Positions 8,333-17,110 of a stretch of DNA of 64,000 bases are shown here, piece by piece. How positions within the stretch are numbered: position 1 is the stretch's first letter; every line of letters starts with the position of its first letter. The position numbers and the translations under genes are program-made. The stretch is from positions 2,058-66,057 of the forward strand of contig JAAYKE010000071.1 in NCBI GenBank assembly GCA_012522575.1, given 5' to 3'. Below the pieces are notes generated by a model. The model ran no database searches. It saw nothing but the letters and a program-made list of their open reading frames with translations, and was not told where the DNA came from. Source of the stretch: Armatimonadota bacterium (lineage in GTDB: Bacteria > Armatimonadota > UBA5829).

Positions 8333-10405
8333 TTAATCGGCAGTTACGGGCTTCGGCTTTGATAATTCAGCCAATCTCAATCCATCAGGATTCTTGGGAT
8401 TCAAATTCAGTAACTGGTCCAGAACCTTTGCTGCGTTTGGCTCCTCGCCTGAAACATGCAAGGCAAGTGCGTACGCAGCCAACACATGCTGCTGATCTGA
8501 AAATCGCGCAGCAGCCTTCTCAAGAATCGGCAATGCCACATTGGGCAGTCCAATCTCAACCAGAGACTTCCCAAGAGTAGCCGTAGACATCCAATCATCT
8601 TCGGGCTTGTCGAAGCTGTCAAAACAACTGAGGATAAGTAGAAGCGAGGACGCTTCAGCATAGGCATACCCCACAGCATAGCTGCTCAGTGGACCAGTAA
8701 ACACTTTGTACTGCTCAAGATGACCTGCCTCGTTTGGCAAACTGACTGGAGTCTGCGGATCGGAAATGTCCTGAGACTCGTTGCGTGCATCAGAAAGCGC
8801 CTGTGCAAAGAATTTGGCAGATGCATCACGTTGTCCGTTCTTCAGAAGAAGCCGACCATATAAGTAGTTCGGGTAGAATCCTCTAACCTTGTTTTGGCGC
8901 TGTTCAAACGCCTTACCATAGAGAGTAACGGCCTTGGCTTCGTCACCACGCCCCTGATAGTAGTTGGCCAGCGCCAATAAAGCATCAGGACCAACATTCT
9001 TGTCAGCAGCAATAGATTCAAGATATGCCACGGCTTCTTGATCCTTGCCCACGACAAACAGAGCAGATGCGGCATCAATCTTGTCTTGAGGCTTGGTAGC
9101 CTGGGGCATTGGCCGGATAGCATCCAGTGATTTCTGGAAGCCTGCTTTATCGTTGACGCTGTAGCCCTGTTTGATAGCCGAATTCAGGCTAGCATATGCT
9201 TTGAAATCTCCACTGTTCTTTGCAATCAGAGCTGCTGACTTGTATATCGTGAGTCGCGTATCGGCATCCAGATACTTCTCAATACTTGCGAATGGCTTCC
9301 ACGCATCTTGATATTTGCCCTGGATGAAATCGCTCTCGGCCTTGTCCCATACGTTTGGTTTATCATTCTTTGGAAACACAGCCAATATGGACTCGTAAAG
9401 GGCTTTGAAATCAGCATCCGATAGTTGAAGTGATCTATCGTTCAGTTTGCTGAGCGCCGCGGCGACTTCTGATTGCTTCGCGGTGTCTACACCAACTGCT
9501 ATAAGCTTGACCTGGCCGAGATGATACATCTGAGGCGTCGTCTTCCACTCGTCGTGCCGTACGAGACTCTCGAAATTGTTGCATTTCAGCCCGTACAGAC
9601 CCGGATCCAAATTTCGTTTCTTGTCGCGGAAGACGCCTAGTTCGGTATACAACATGGGCAGTTCGCCAGACAAGGTAGTAACGCGACCCTCGGTATTACC
9701 TTTAAGGCGCAAGCGCGTCCATCCGATACTGCACACTACGCCGATTGTTTCCTGAGGTTTTATAGGTAAATCCTTGCACGTCATCTTGATGCCCACCTTT
9801 TCACCAGGAGCAGGCGTTACATTTGAAAGCTCAATGCTCTCGATCTCTCCGAGGCCATTCGATAGGTCGCTGAATGATTGGTATTTCACGGTATTCGGCG
9901 CTAATTCGACGGGACAGAGCCAGGCGGTGAAATTATCGCCCTCAGCAGTAAAAACAAGAACGGGACCCTCGAATGGCTTAAAGCCTTCTCTTTGCACGCG
10001 CAAGTTCAGTTGGGTGACATTTATAAATTTCTCCACTTTCTTCGCCCCACCGAATAAAGCGGACATGATCGACAAATCCAGCAGGCGTTCGACAGCGAAA
10101 CTGGTTTTGACTGATCCAATTGGTGCCTTGATCTGATAAAAACCTTCTCTTGCTGTTGTAGCTGTTGTTCCCTTTATCGGCTCAACATCAGATGGTAGCA
10201 GGAGCTCGACCTGTGCACCATCGATGTATTCGCCAGTTTCGGCATCTACCACGAACCCGCACGCATCTCCAATGCCTCCAAGTTTCGTTAGCTTCGGCTG
10301 GTCTGCAATGACTATCCCAGTAAGCAAGAGCAAACAGGCGACGACAAGTGTTGCCGTGACCGCAATCACGCGTATCGTGTGCAAGCGAACACAGTGATAA
10401 ACCAT
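8333..10405 (-). CDS. Secreted protein with carboxypeptidase-regulatory-like N-terminal domain and C-terminal TPR repeats
   Basis: Signal peptide (VIAVTATLVVACLLLLTGIVIA), GFVVDAETGEYIDGAQVEL..TTAREGFYQI beta-sandwich motif, and TPR-like helices ending LNLNPKNPDG. GGAGG lies 8 nt before ATG 10405. Confidence 0.75.
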   Translation of the reverse strand: MVYHCVRLHTIRVIAVTATLVVACLLLLTGIVIADQPKLTKLGGIGDACGFVVDAETGEYIDGAQVELLLPSDVEPIKGTTATTAREGFYQIKAPIGSVKTSFAVERLLDLSIMSALFGGAKKVEKFINVTQLNLRVQREGFKPFEGPVLVFTAEGDNFTAWLCPVELAPNTVKYQSFSDLSNGLGEIESIELSNVTPAPGEKVGIKMTCKDLPIKPQETIGVVCSIGWTRLRLKGNTEGRVTTLSGELPMLYTELGVFRDKKRNLDPGLYGLKCNNFESLVRHDEWKTTPQMYHLGQVKLIAVGVDTAKQSEVAAALSKLNDRSLQLSDADFKALYESILAVFPKNDKPNVWDKAESDFIQGKYQDAWKPFASIEKYLDADTRLTIYKSAALIAKNSGDFKAYASLNSAIKQGYSVNDKAGFQKSLDAIRPMPQATKPQDKIDAASALFVVGKDQEAVAYLESIAADKNVGPDALLALANYYQGRGDEAKAVTLYGKAFEQRQNKVRGFYPNYLYGRLLLKNGQRDASAKFFAQALSDARNESQDISDPQTPVSLPNEAGHLEQYKVFTGPLSSYAVGYAYAEASSLLLILSCFDSFDKPEDDWMSTATLGKSLVEIGLPNVALPILEKAAARFSDQQHVLAAYALALHVSGEEPNAAKVLDQLLNLNPKNPDGLRLAELSKPKPVTAD

Positions 10406-10889
10406 TAGGTAATCCTCCTCTCGACAATGGCTCAAATAGACGCCCCTTTGTGCAGACGTGTCCATTGTAGGTGTTTGAAAGGATGCTCAGGTGAGTTGGT
10501 GCGTGGACAGAAACAATGTGGAAACTGGACTGGTTATAGTCTGCTTAAGATGGCCAAATAGGACGCCAACTCCTATTCTCTCGGCATCCCGCCGACGGCA
10601 AGCCAAGCGAGGTCGCGCAGCCACCCAGTCAAAACTTCCAAGTTGCACAATGTTCACACATGCCCTGGCAGTACTGCTCCAGACACGCGATCATCCAACC
10701 GTCTGCACTACACGGAGAAGCAAAAGCCCGGGGGTTTAGGCTGCAAACCTACCCATCAAGCATTCTGTTATCCATAAAGCAATATAGCCCATATCGCAAT
10801 ATAAAGTCAACCTCTGTTCGCAGTTCGACGGCTGAACCCATCAATCACGATTTAAGTTTTCTCAAATCCAATTCCGAACAAAGCGGGAC

Positions 10890-11783
10890 TTATGGCCCAA
10901 CGACTAGGCCATCATATCCGTCAAACGCCCGCCTGATTGCATCCAGCCCCGGATCACCGGATACCAGTAGAGCAGTCGCCAGAGCATCGGTATGAGTTGC
11001 ATCCGGTCCCCATATCGCCGCCAGGGCGGCCGTGCGGGCCGGTTGACCGGTGCGAGGGTCGATAACGTGGCCATAATCGCGGCTGTCGCTGATCAAATAT
11101 CTGCCGTGCGGAGCAGATACCGAGAGCGAGTTATCCTGCAACTCCACCGTGTGCAAACAATTATCCTGCGTTGACGGATCGCGAATACCAATGCTCCACG
11201 GATGACCATTGGGTCTGACACCGATGGCATAAATAGTGCTCGTCCCACCGTGAATAAGCGCGCTCTTTACGCCACTTTCACGCAGGCTTTCTACGGCTCG
11301 GTCGATGGCATATCCCTTCCCAATCGCGCCCAAATCGATCTGCACTCCCTGATGATCAAAGCTGATCGTGGAGTGCATTTTATCAAAGAAGATCAACTCA
11401 GCGCCCACCTGCTCGCGAGCCTCCCGCACTTCATCGTCAGTCGGAACACGTCCATCTTGCGCAGTCATTTTCCACAAATCCATCAGCGCAGCGACGGTGA
11501 TGTCAAAGGCTCCGGATGTCGCGCGCGTGATCTCAACTGCCAGTTGCAGCAGGCAAAACAGGCGCGCATCCACCTTGACAGGCTCGTGGGCGGCAAGAGC
11601 ATTGATGCGGCCGATATCGCTGTCCGTTCGATACCTGCTGAGCTGCTTTTCGAGGGCGGCGATCTCTGCCAGAGCGTCCTCGCCGGCGGCACGGAGCCGC
11701 GATGGCTCAGCTCCATACAACACTACCTCAAATCGGGTAGCCATCGCGTCAAGATAAAGAGTGGTCGGCTCAGAGGCAGTCAA
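10890..11783 (-). CDS. apbE: FAD:protein FMN transferase (ApbE family), no signal peptide
   Basis: AMATRFEV, SRYRTDSDIGRIN, GAFDITV, IDLGAIGKGYAID, YGHVIDPRTG, DALATAL. Confidence 0.93.
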   Translation of the reverse strand: MTASEPTTLYLDAMATRFEVVLYGAEPSRLRAAGEDALAEIAALEKQLSRYRTDSDIGRINALAAHEPVKVDARLFCLLQLAVEITRATSGAFDITVAALMDLWKMTAQDGRVPTDDEVREAREQVGAELIFFDKMHSTISFDHQGVQIDLGAIGKGYAIDRAVESLRESGVKSALIHGGTSTIYAIGVRPNGHPWSIGIRDPSTQDNCLHTVELQDNSLSVSAPHGRYLISDSRDYGHVIDPRTGQPARTAALAAIWGPDATHTDALATALLVSGDPGLDAIRRAFDGYDGLVVGP

Positions 11784-11867
11784 TAATATATAATCCGGGT
11801 CGGGAAATGCGCTCCCGACCCAATCACTAACAAGACGAGCAATCGTCGGATATGGTCAAGCTATCCG

Positions 11868-12308
11868 TTATATTCTGATGTCGACTATCGCGCTGACCCC
11901 AACGCCGAAAATTCTTTTGATGTTGCTGGTAGTTTTGGATCCTACCGGAATCAGGGCCTTGACACGAATGCTCTTGCCGAATATCGCATTACCTTAGACC
12001 TGCACCACGGCTTTGCACTATTCGACGTTCTCCTTTGCTCCAATTACCTGAACCGCGCCGATATACGATCCGCTGCCGATACTGATAATCGGCACAACCG
12101 CAGTGGCTTCCTCGCTGCCCAGATCCTTGTTTGCCGTCATTTTGTTGATGAAGTCATTGATCTGCGGGCCGAACTTGTCCACGACCACAGCAACGCCGCC
12201 AACCTTAATCAAATCGCCAAACAAAGCTGCGTGAGTGGCTGCAATCGTAGTCGCCATTGCCACCACTACGCAAACTGCAATTAAAGCTAGTTTTATCCTT
12301 GGATTCAT
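11868..12308 (-). pseudogene. Small secreted protein interrupted by two in-frame stops (TAG 12018-12020, TAA 11994-11996)
   Basis: After the signal peptide the frame continues ...AKENVE*CKAVVQV*GNAIFGKSIRVKALIPVGSKTTSNIKRIFGVGVSAIVDIRI* with no frameshift. Confidence 0.7.
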
Positions 12309-12558
12309 AGCCATTCCCCTTTCTAATCCGCCATTAACGGCGCATCATACCGCGCCATAATAGATTAAGACGCAGGCACAACCTGCTCCTTCACTGTCTA
12401 CCCTTCCACATCGAGATGGAACCTTCCTTGTTTATAATACGTAACAATTGTAGCACATGCACAAACAAGCCTCCTCCGAGTCTAGGGGAGCACAAGACCT
12501 CCTTGGGCAGACCCCGTGAATTTACGGTATTCGCGGGGTTTGCGACTGTGTGATGACC

Positions 12559-12588
12559 TTGACGATGCCACAGGCGCAATGGTATAAT
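12559..12588 (+). promoter_or_regulatory. Near-consensus sigma70 promoter upstream of cdaA
   Basis: TTGACG-N18-TATAAT with TGn extended -10. Confidence 0.7.
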
Positions 12589-12622
12589 TATGTAACGACA
12601 CACACAGCCGTAGGCCACCAAA

Positions 12623-13495
12623 TTGAGCTTCCTATCAGCCGTGCAGAGAGACCTCCAAAGCGCCGGGTGGACGACAGTAATCGCCACTGTAGCCGACGTT
12701 GCCCTGGTCACACTTGCCGTCTATTGGGTTATTATGCTGTCCAAACGCAGGCCGGCATGGCAGATTCTATGGGGATTGCTGGTGTTTCTGGGCCTGGTTT
12801 ACCTCACCGAGCGAACGCAGCTTCACACAATAAACTTCCTGCTGAGATCATTTTTGTATGTCCTGCCGGTAGCGGTGGTTATACTCTTTCAGCCGGAACT
12901 GCGTCAAATGTTGGAGAATATGGGCAGTGTGGCGGGTTGGGGACGCGGGCTGGCAATGGTGCCGACGGAACAGGTCACCTCGCTCATCCACATTGTATCC
13001 CACGCAGCGGCCAACATGTCCGAAAGAAGAATCGGAGCGCTGATCGTAATAGAGCGGGAAAGTCCGCTTGATGCCATCGCTGCCACGGGAACCCGGCTGA
13101 ACGCAACGATAAGCGAGGAGCTAATTGGCTCGATATTCTACCCGGGAGGGCCGCTGCACGACGGCGCAGTAATTATTCGCGGCAACAGGGTAGTCTCTGC
13201 CGGGTGCACTCTGCCGCTCAGTGAAAGCGCGCACGTCGGCACTATGGTGCATACGCGACACAAAGCCGCCCTGGGAGTGGCCGAGGAGAGCGACGCCGCT
13301 GTGGTGGTGGTCTCAGAGGAGACAGGCACGATCTCACTTGCGCTGGAAGGCAAACTGCATCGCGGATTGGATCAGGAATCACTGATGCAGTGGTTGAAGC
13401 TGATATGCGGCACGCACGATGACTCCGCTTCGAAGGTGAAATTTGCACGGACTGTCGATGATACTCTCAGAAAGGCCGGGTTGAGACGCCGATGA
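12623..13495 (+). CDS. cdaA: Membrane diadenylate cyclase CdaA/DacA
   Basis: Three N-terminal TM helices, VILFQPELRQML, IGALIVIER, DGA motif (PLHDGAVII) and GTRH-like HTRHKAALG. Confidence 0.95.
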   Translation: MSFLSAVQRDLQSAGWTTVIATVADVALVTLAVYWVIMLSKRRPAWQILWGLLVFLGLVYLTERTQLHTINFLLRSFLYVLPVAVVILFQPELRQMLENMGSVAGWGRGLAMVPTEQVTSLIHIVSHAAANMSERRIGALIVIERESPLDAIAATGTRLNATISEELIGSIFYPGGPLHDGAVIIRGNRVVSAGCTLPLSESAHVGTMVHTRHKAALGVAEESDAAVVVVSEETGTISLALEGKLHRGLDQESLMQWLKLICGTHDDSASKVKFARTVDDTLRKAGLRRR

Positions 13496-14439
13496 TCCGG
13501 CATAACTGGAAATATAAACTACTGGCGCTTTTGGTAGCTCTGATTCTATGGACTTACGTCAATTCGGAGCGCAACCCGCAATCGCGTCAGACCTTCAGAG
13601 TGCCGGTGGATGTAATAGAGGTCAAAAAAGGGCACGTGGCGCAGCTTGGCGTCACCAAAGTTGCCGTAACGGTGGTTGGCCTCAAGACCGCCGTCGAGGC
13701 TGTGGCAAAAGAGGATATAGAAGCTTTTGTAAACGTGCGCTCTATGCCTCAGGATAAAAGCGTCTCCGAGGCTCAAATCCCCGTTCAGGTGCGCTTGCCC
13801 CGCGCGATAGCCGCTGATCTCGAAGTAACCGCAAACCCGCGCACATTGCAGGTGCGCGTAGAAGCTCTGGGAGAAAAACAAATACCGGTGACGGTCGGTT
13901 TCTTTGCCGAACCGCCTCCGGGATACTCCTACGGCACTCCCATACTCTCCCCTGCTGCCGTGGTTGCCTCCGGACTAGTGACCCAACTCTCAAAAATCAA
14001 CTCCGCTTCCATTACCATATCGAGCGATTTGGCAAGTTCGCCCAATGGCGACTACTGCGAGGTATCGGCTCTCGATAAAGAGGGAAATTCGGTCAGCGGA
14101 GTAAGCGTGCGGCCGGAGAAAATACGTGTCAAGCTGGGGATGGTCGAGATGCCGGCGACTAAGACCGTTATCGTCAGCCCAATATTCAGCGGCCAGCCGA
14201 AATATCCCGCCAGGGTTCAAAAATATACCGTCGTACCATCGTCGGTGACTTTGGAGGGCAAACCGAGCAGGCTTTCGAGCATAAGCGCAATAGCGACGGA
14301 CGCGATTTCACTGGAAGGGGCCGAGGCTACCATTGTTCGCGACATTTCCCTTGAAGTCCCATCCGGGACCAGGCCGACCGGATCAAGAACGGTCAGGGTC
14401 ACCGTCCACATTGCCGCGCCGCATCAGCCGGCGGAGTAG
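13492..14439 (+). CDS. cdaR: CdaA regulator CdaR (YbbR-domain protein)
   Basis: NWKYKLLALLVALILWTYV anchor followed by repeated YbbR-like beta domains; 4-nt overlap with cdaA. Confidence 0.88.
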   Translation: MIRHNWKYKLLALLVALILWTYVNSERNPQSRQTFRVPVDVIEVKKGHVAQLGVTKVAVTVVGLKTAVEAVAKEDIEAFVNVRSMPQDKSVSEAQIPVQVRLPRAIAADLEVTANPRTLQVRVEALGEKQIPVTVGFFAEPPPGYSYGTPILSPAAVVASGLVTQLSKINSASITISSDLASSPNGDYCEVSALDKEGNSVSGVSVRPEKIRVKLGMVEMPATKTVIVSPIFSGQPKYPARVQKYTVVPSSVTLEGKPSRLSSISAIATDAISLEGAEATIVRDISLEVPSGTRPTGSRTVRVTVHIAAPHQPAE

Positions 14440-14497
14440 TAAGTGGCGTGTCGGAGCATCCTTCCTGTATTTCATGCTGTTAACAGGGTAGTATTGG

Positions 14498-15037
14498 CTA
14501 CGGTATATGCACATAAGCACTGAGTTTCGGCGCCAGCATCGGCACGCGCGACCTGTATTTCTTATATTCATCCCCAAATCGTATCAAAAGGCCGGCCTCT
14601 TCTGACTTGGCTACAAATAACCACACCACCCCGATAGCCGGCACTATGATAAACGCGGTCAGCGAGCCGCGCAGACACGCGATCCCGATCAACATAGACA
14701 GCAGTCCCAGCATCATCGGGTTGCGTGTGAAGGCATAAGGCCCGGTGGTGACCAGCGTCTGTGTGGGCTGAATCGCTCTGCCAAATAACTCCAGCGGAAG
14801 CCCGCGGCCAACAAAAAGCAGATATGCCCAGGCCCACAACACCCAGAATATGCCGAAGCCAATCCCCGCCGCTCCTGCAATAGCGGACCAGGGCGCGCCA
14901 AAGAGTCGGGACAGATTGAATGCCCTGTCCAACTCTGCAGTCACCAGCCAGAACGCGGCAGGAGCCACAAGGCCGACCAATATCACGCTTATGGCGGCTC
15001 CCACTACCCTTTTGTGAATCTGAATATCGTTTTCCAT
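14498..15037 (-). CDS. Isoprenylcysteine carboxyl methyltransferase / PEMT family membrane protein
   Basis: LVTTGPYAFTRNPMMLG...EEAGLLIRFGDEYKKYRSRVP. Confidence 0.85.
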   Translation of the reverse strand: MENDIQIHKRVVGAAISVILVGLVAPAAFWLVTAELDRAFNLSRLFGAPWSAIAGAAGIGFGIFWVLWAWAYLLFVGRGLPLELFGRAIQPTQTLVTTGPYAFTRNPMMLGLLSMLIGIACLRGSLTAFIIVPAIGVVWLFVAKSEEAGLLIRFGDEYKKYRSRVPMLAPKLSAYVHIP

Positions 15038-15279
15038 CTAACCGCTCCATATATCTATTACCCCTCGATTATGAGCTTAAATCATATCAATTGAAAGCAT
15101 ACGCAGTCGATCAAAAATCGCAATGCGTGACATTGTAAGTGTGTGGTGCTACACTATCTTTATCGCCAGGGTTACCGTCCTGGCGTCTCTTATTATTTTG
15201 TTTATTCTGTGAGATGCGGCTGTTTTTTGCGGCGTGTCCGGCGGATTAAACTCAGCTACATTTTTGACCGGGGGATCTT

Positions 15280-17109
15280 TTGTTTTCTATTATCAGAAGA
15301 ATGCTTTTTGGCAGACCGTTGGCCAGCGCGCGACAATCGCAGGAGCGGCTGAGCAACTTTCTCGCATTGCCTGTGTTTTCTTCCGACGCCGTGTCATCGG
15401 TAGCTTATGGGCCGGAGGAGATGCTGCTGGCGCTCATGGTTGCCGGCGCGATTGCGTGGACTGTGTCGCTGTATGTGGGCGGCGCGATTGCTTTGTTGAT
15501 CGTGATAGTGACGATCTCCTACCGCCAGACTATTTTTGCTTATCCGCAGGGCGGGGGCAGCTATACGGTCGCTACAGAGAACCTCGGAAGAAACTATGGG
15601 CTGGTTGCCGCTGCTGCTTTGCTTACTGATTATGTTCTTACCGTGGCGGTCAGCATCGCCTCCGGAGTATTTGCTTTTATATCGGCTTACCCGCAGTGGG
15701 CAGAATACCGAACGGAGATATGCGTTGTCTGCATTTTTATTGTTGCCCTGGCAAATTTGAGGGGACTTCGTGACTCCGGAGCCTTGTTTGTAGGGCCGAT
15801 GTATTTGTTCACGGGCAGCCTCTTTGTGATGTGCGCAGTGGGCATATATAAGGTTGTGACCGGGGCTCCTCTCAATTACGTTAACCCTCCGACCGAGCAA
15901 ATTCCGATCGCTCATTCGCTGGGGATGCTTCTAATCCTGCGCGCATTCTCAAACGGGTGTTCTGCAATGACCGGCATAGAATCGGTGGCGGTCGGAGTGC
16001 CGGCGTTCAAGCCGCCGGAGTCGAGGAACGCGGCCGCGGTAATGAGCATGATGGCGGTCATATTGATCAGCCTGGTTTTGGGAATTACATTTCTTGCACG
16101 CACCTACAGGGTCTTTCCATCTGCCGACGAGACCGTGATTTCACAGATGGCCAGAAGTATCCTCGGACGGGGAACGTTTTATCTTGTTATTCAGATATCC
16201 ACGTTTCTCGTGCTGGTATTGGCGGCCAACACCGCATTTCAGGGCTTCCCAAGGCTTGCATCCATGCTGGCGCGAGATCGATATGCCCCTCGGCAGCTTA
16301 CAAACATAGGGGACAAACTGGTTTTTTCTAACGGCATAGTATTGCTGGCGGCGGTGGCGGCAGGGCTTTTGATTAAGTTTCACGGAGACGTGCACTCGTT
16401 GATCCCGCTGTATGCGATTGGCGTATTCATATCCTTTACGCTGTCGCAGACGGGGATGGGTTTCAGACAGCTTCGTATGAAACACAAGGGCTGGCAACTG
16501 CATTCCGGAATCAGCTTCGCGGGCGCGACCATAACCTGCCTGGTCGCCATAGTAATAGGAGTAACCAAGTTTGTGGAGGGCGCATATATTGCATTGGCGC
16601 TGATTGCGGTCCTCATCTACGTGTTCCACAAGATTCATCAGCACTATGTCACCCTTGGCAATCAACTGCGATTGACGCCGGAGACATTCGAAGAACCACA
16701 GGAAGTGCGATCTACGGCGATTGTGTTGACTTCCAGCATACATAAGGGCATACTCCCGGCGTTGGAATACGCGCGCACGCTGTCTCACGACTGCCGTGCG
16801 TTGTTCATTGAAATAGACCCGATAGAAACGGCGATGATACGAGAGCGGTGGGATAAATACGGGCTGGGCGTGCCGCTGGTGATACTGGAATCTCCCTACA
16901 GGTCAATGATCGGGCCTATTTTGGCATACCTCAGGGAGGTTAAAAAAGAGAGGCCCAACCACGTGGTGACGGTGGTGCTGCCGGAGTTCGTGCCCAGAAA
17001 ATGGTGGCATAAACTGCTGCACAATCAGTCCGGCCTGTTCCTGAAGATAGCCCTGATGATGCAGCACGACATAGTGTTCACCAATGTTCGTTACTATATA
17101 GAGAGATAA
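15280..17109 (+). CDS. kimA: APC-family K+/H+ symporter, KimA/YdaO-like
   Basis: GRPLAS..ERL..LALPVFSSDAVSSVAYGPEE, QTIFAYPQGGGSY, AFSNGCSAMTGIESVAVGVPAFKPP, and a C-terminal PEFVPRKWWHKLLHNQS domain. Confidence 0.85.
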   Translation: MFSIIRRMLFGRPLASARQSQERLSNFLALPVFSSDAVSSVAYGPEEMLLALMVAGAIAWTVSLYVGGAIALLIVIVTISYRQTIFAYPQGGGSYTVATENLGRNYGLVAAAALLTDYVLTVAVSIASGVFAFISAYPQWAEYRTEICVVCIFIVALANLRGLRDSGALFVGPMYLFTGSLFVMCAVGIYKVVTGAPLNYVNPPTEQIPIAHSLGMLLILRAFSNGCSAMTGIESVAVGVPAFKPPESRNAAAVMSMMAVILISLVLGITFLARTYRVFPSADETVISQMARSILGRGTFYLVIQISTFLVLVLAANTAFQGFPRLASMLARDRYAPRQLTNIGDKLVFSNGIVLLAAVAAGLLIKFHGDVHSLIPLYAIGVFISFTLSQTGMGFRQLRMKHKGWQLHSGISFAGATITCLVAIVIGVTKFVEGAYIALALIAVLIYVFHKIHQHYVTLGNQLRLTPETFEEPQEVRSTAIVLTSSIHKGILPALEYARTLSHDCRALFIEIDPIETAMIRERWDKYGLGVPLVILESPYRSMIGPILAYLREVKKERPNHVVTVVLPEFVPRKWWHKLLHNQSGLFLKIALMMQHDIVFTNVRYYIER

Positions 17110-17110
17110 A

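Noticed and set aside
12391-12465. ~24-codon minus-strand ORF with a GGAGG upstream
   Set aside because: It is too short and has no motif; there is no support beyond the SD-like sequence.
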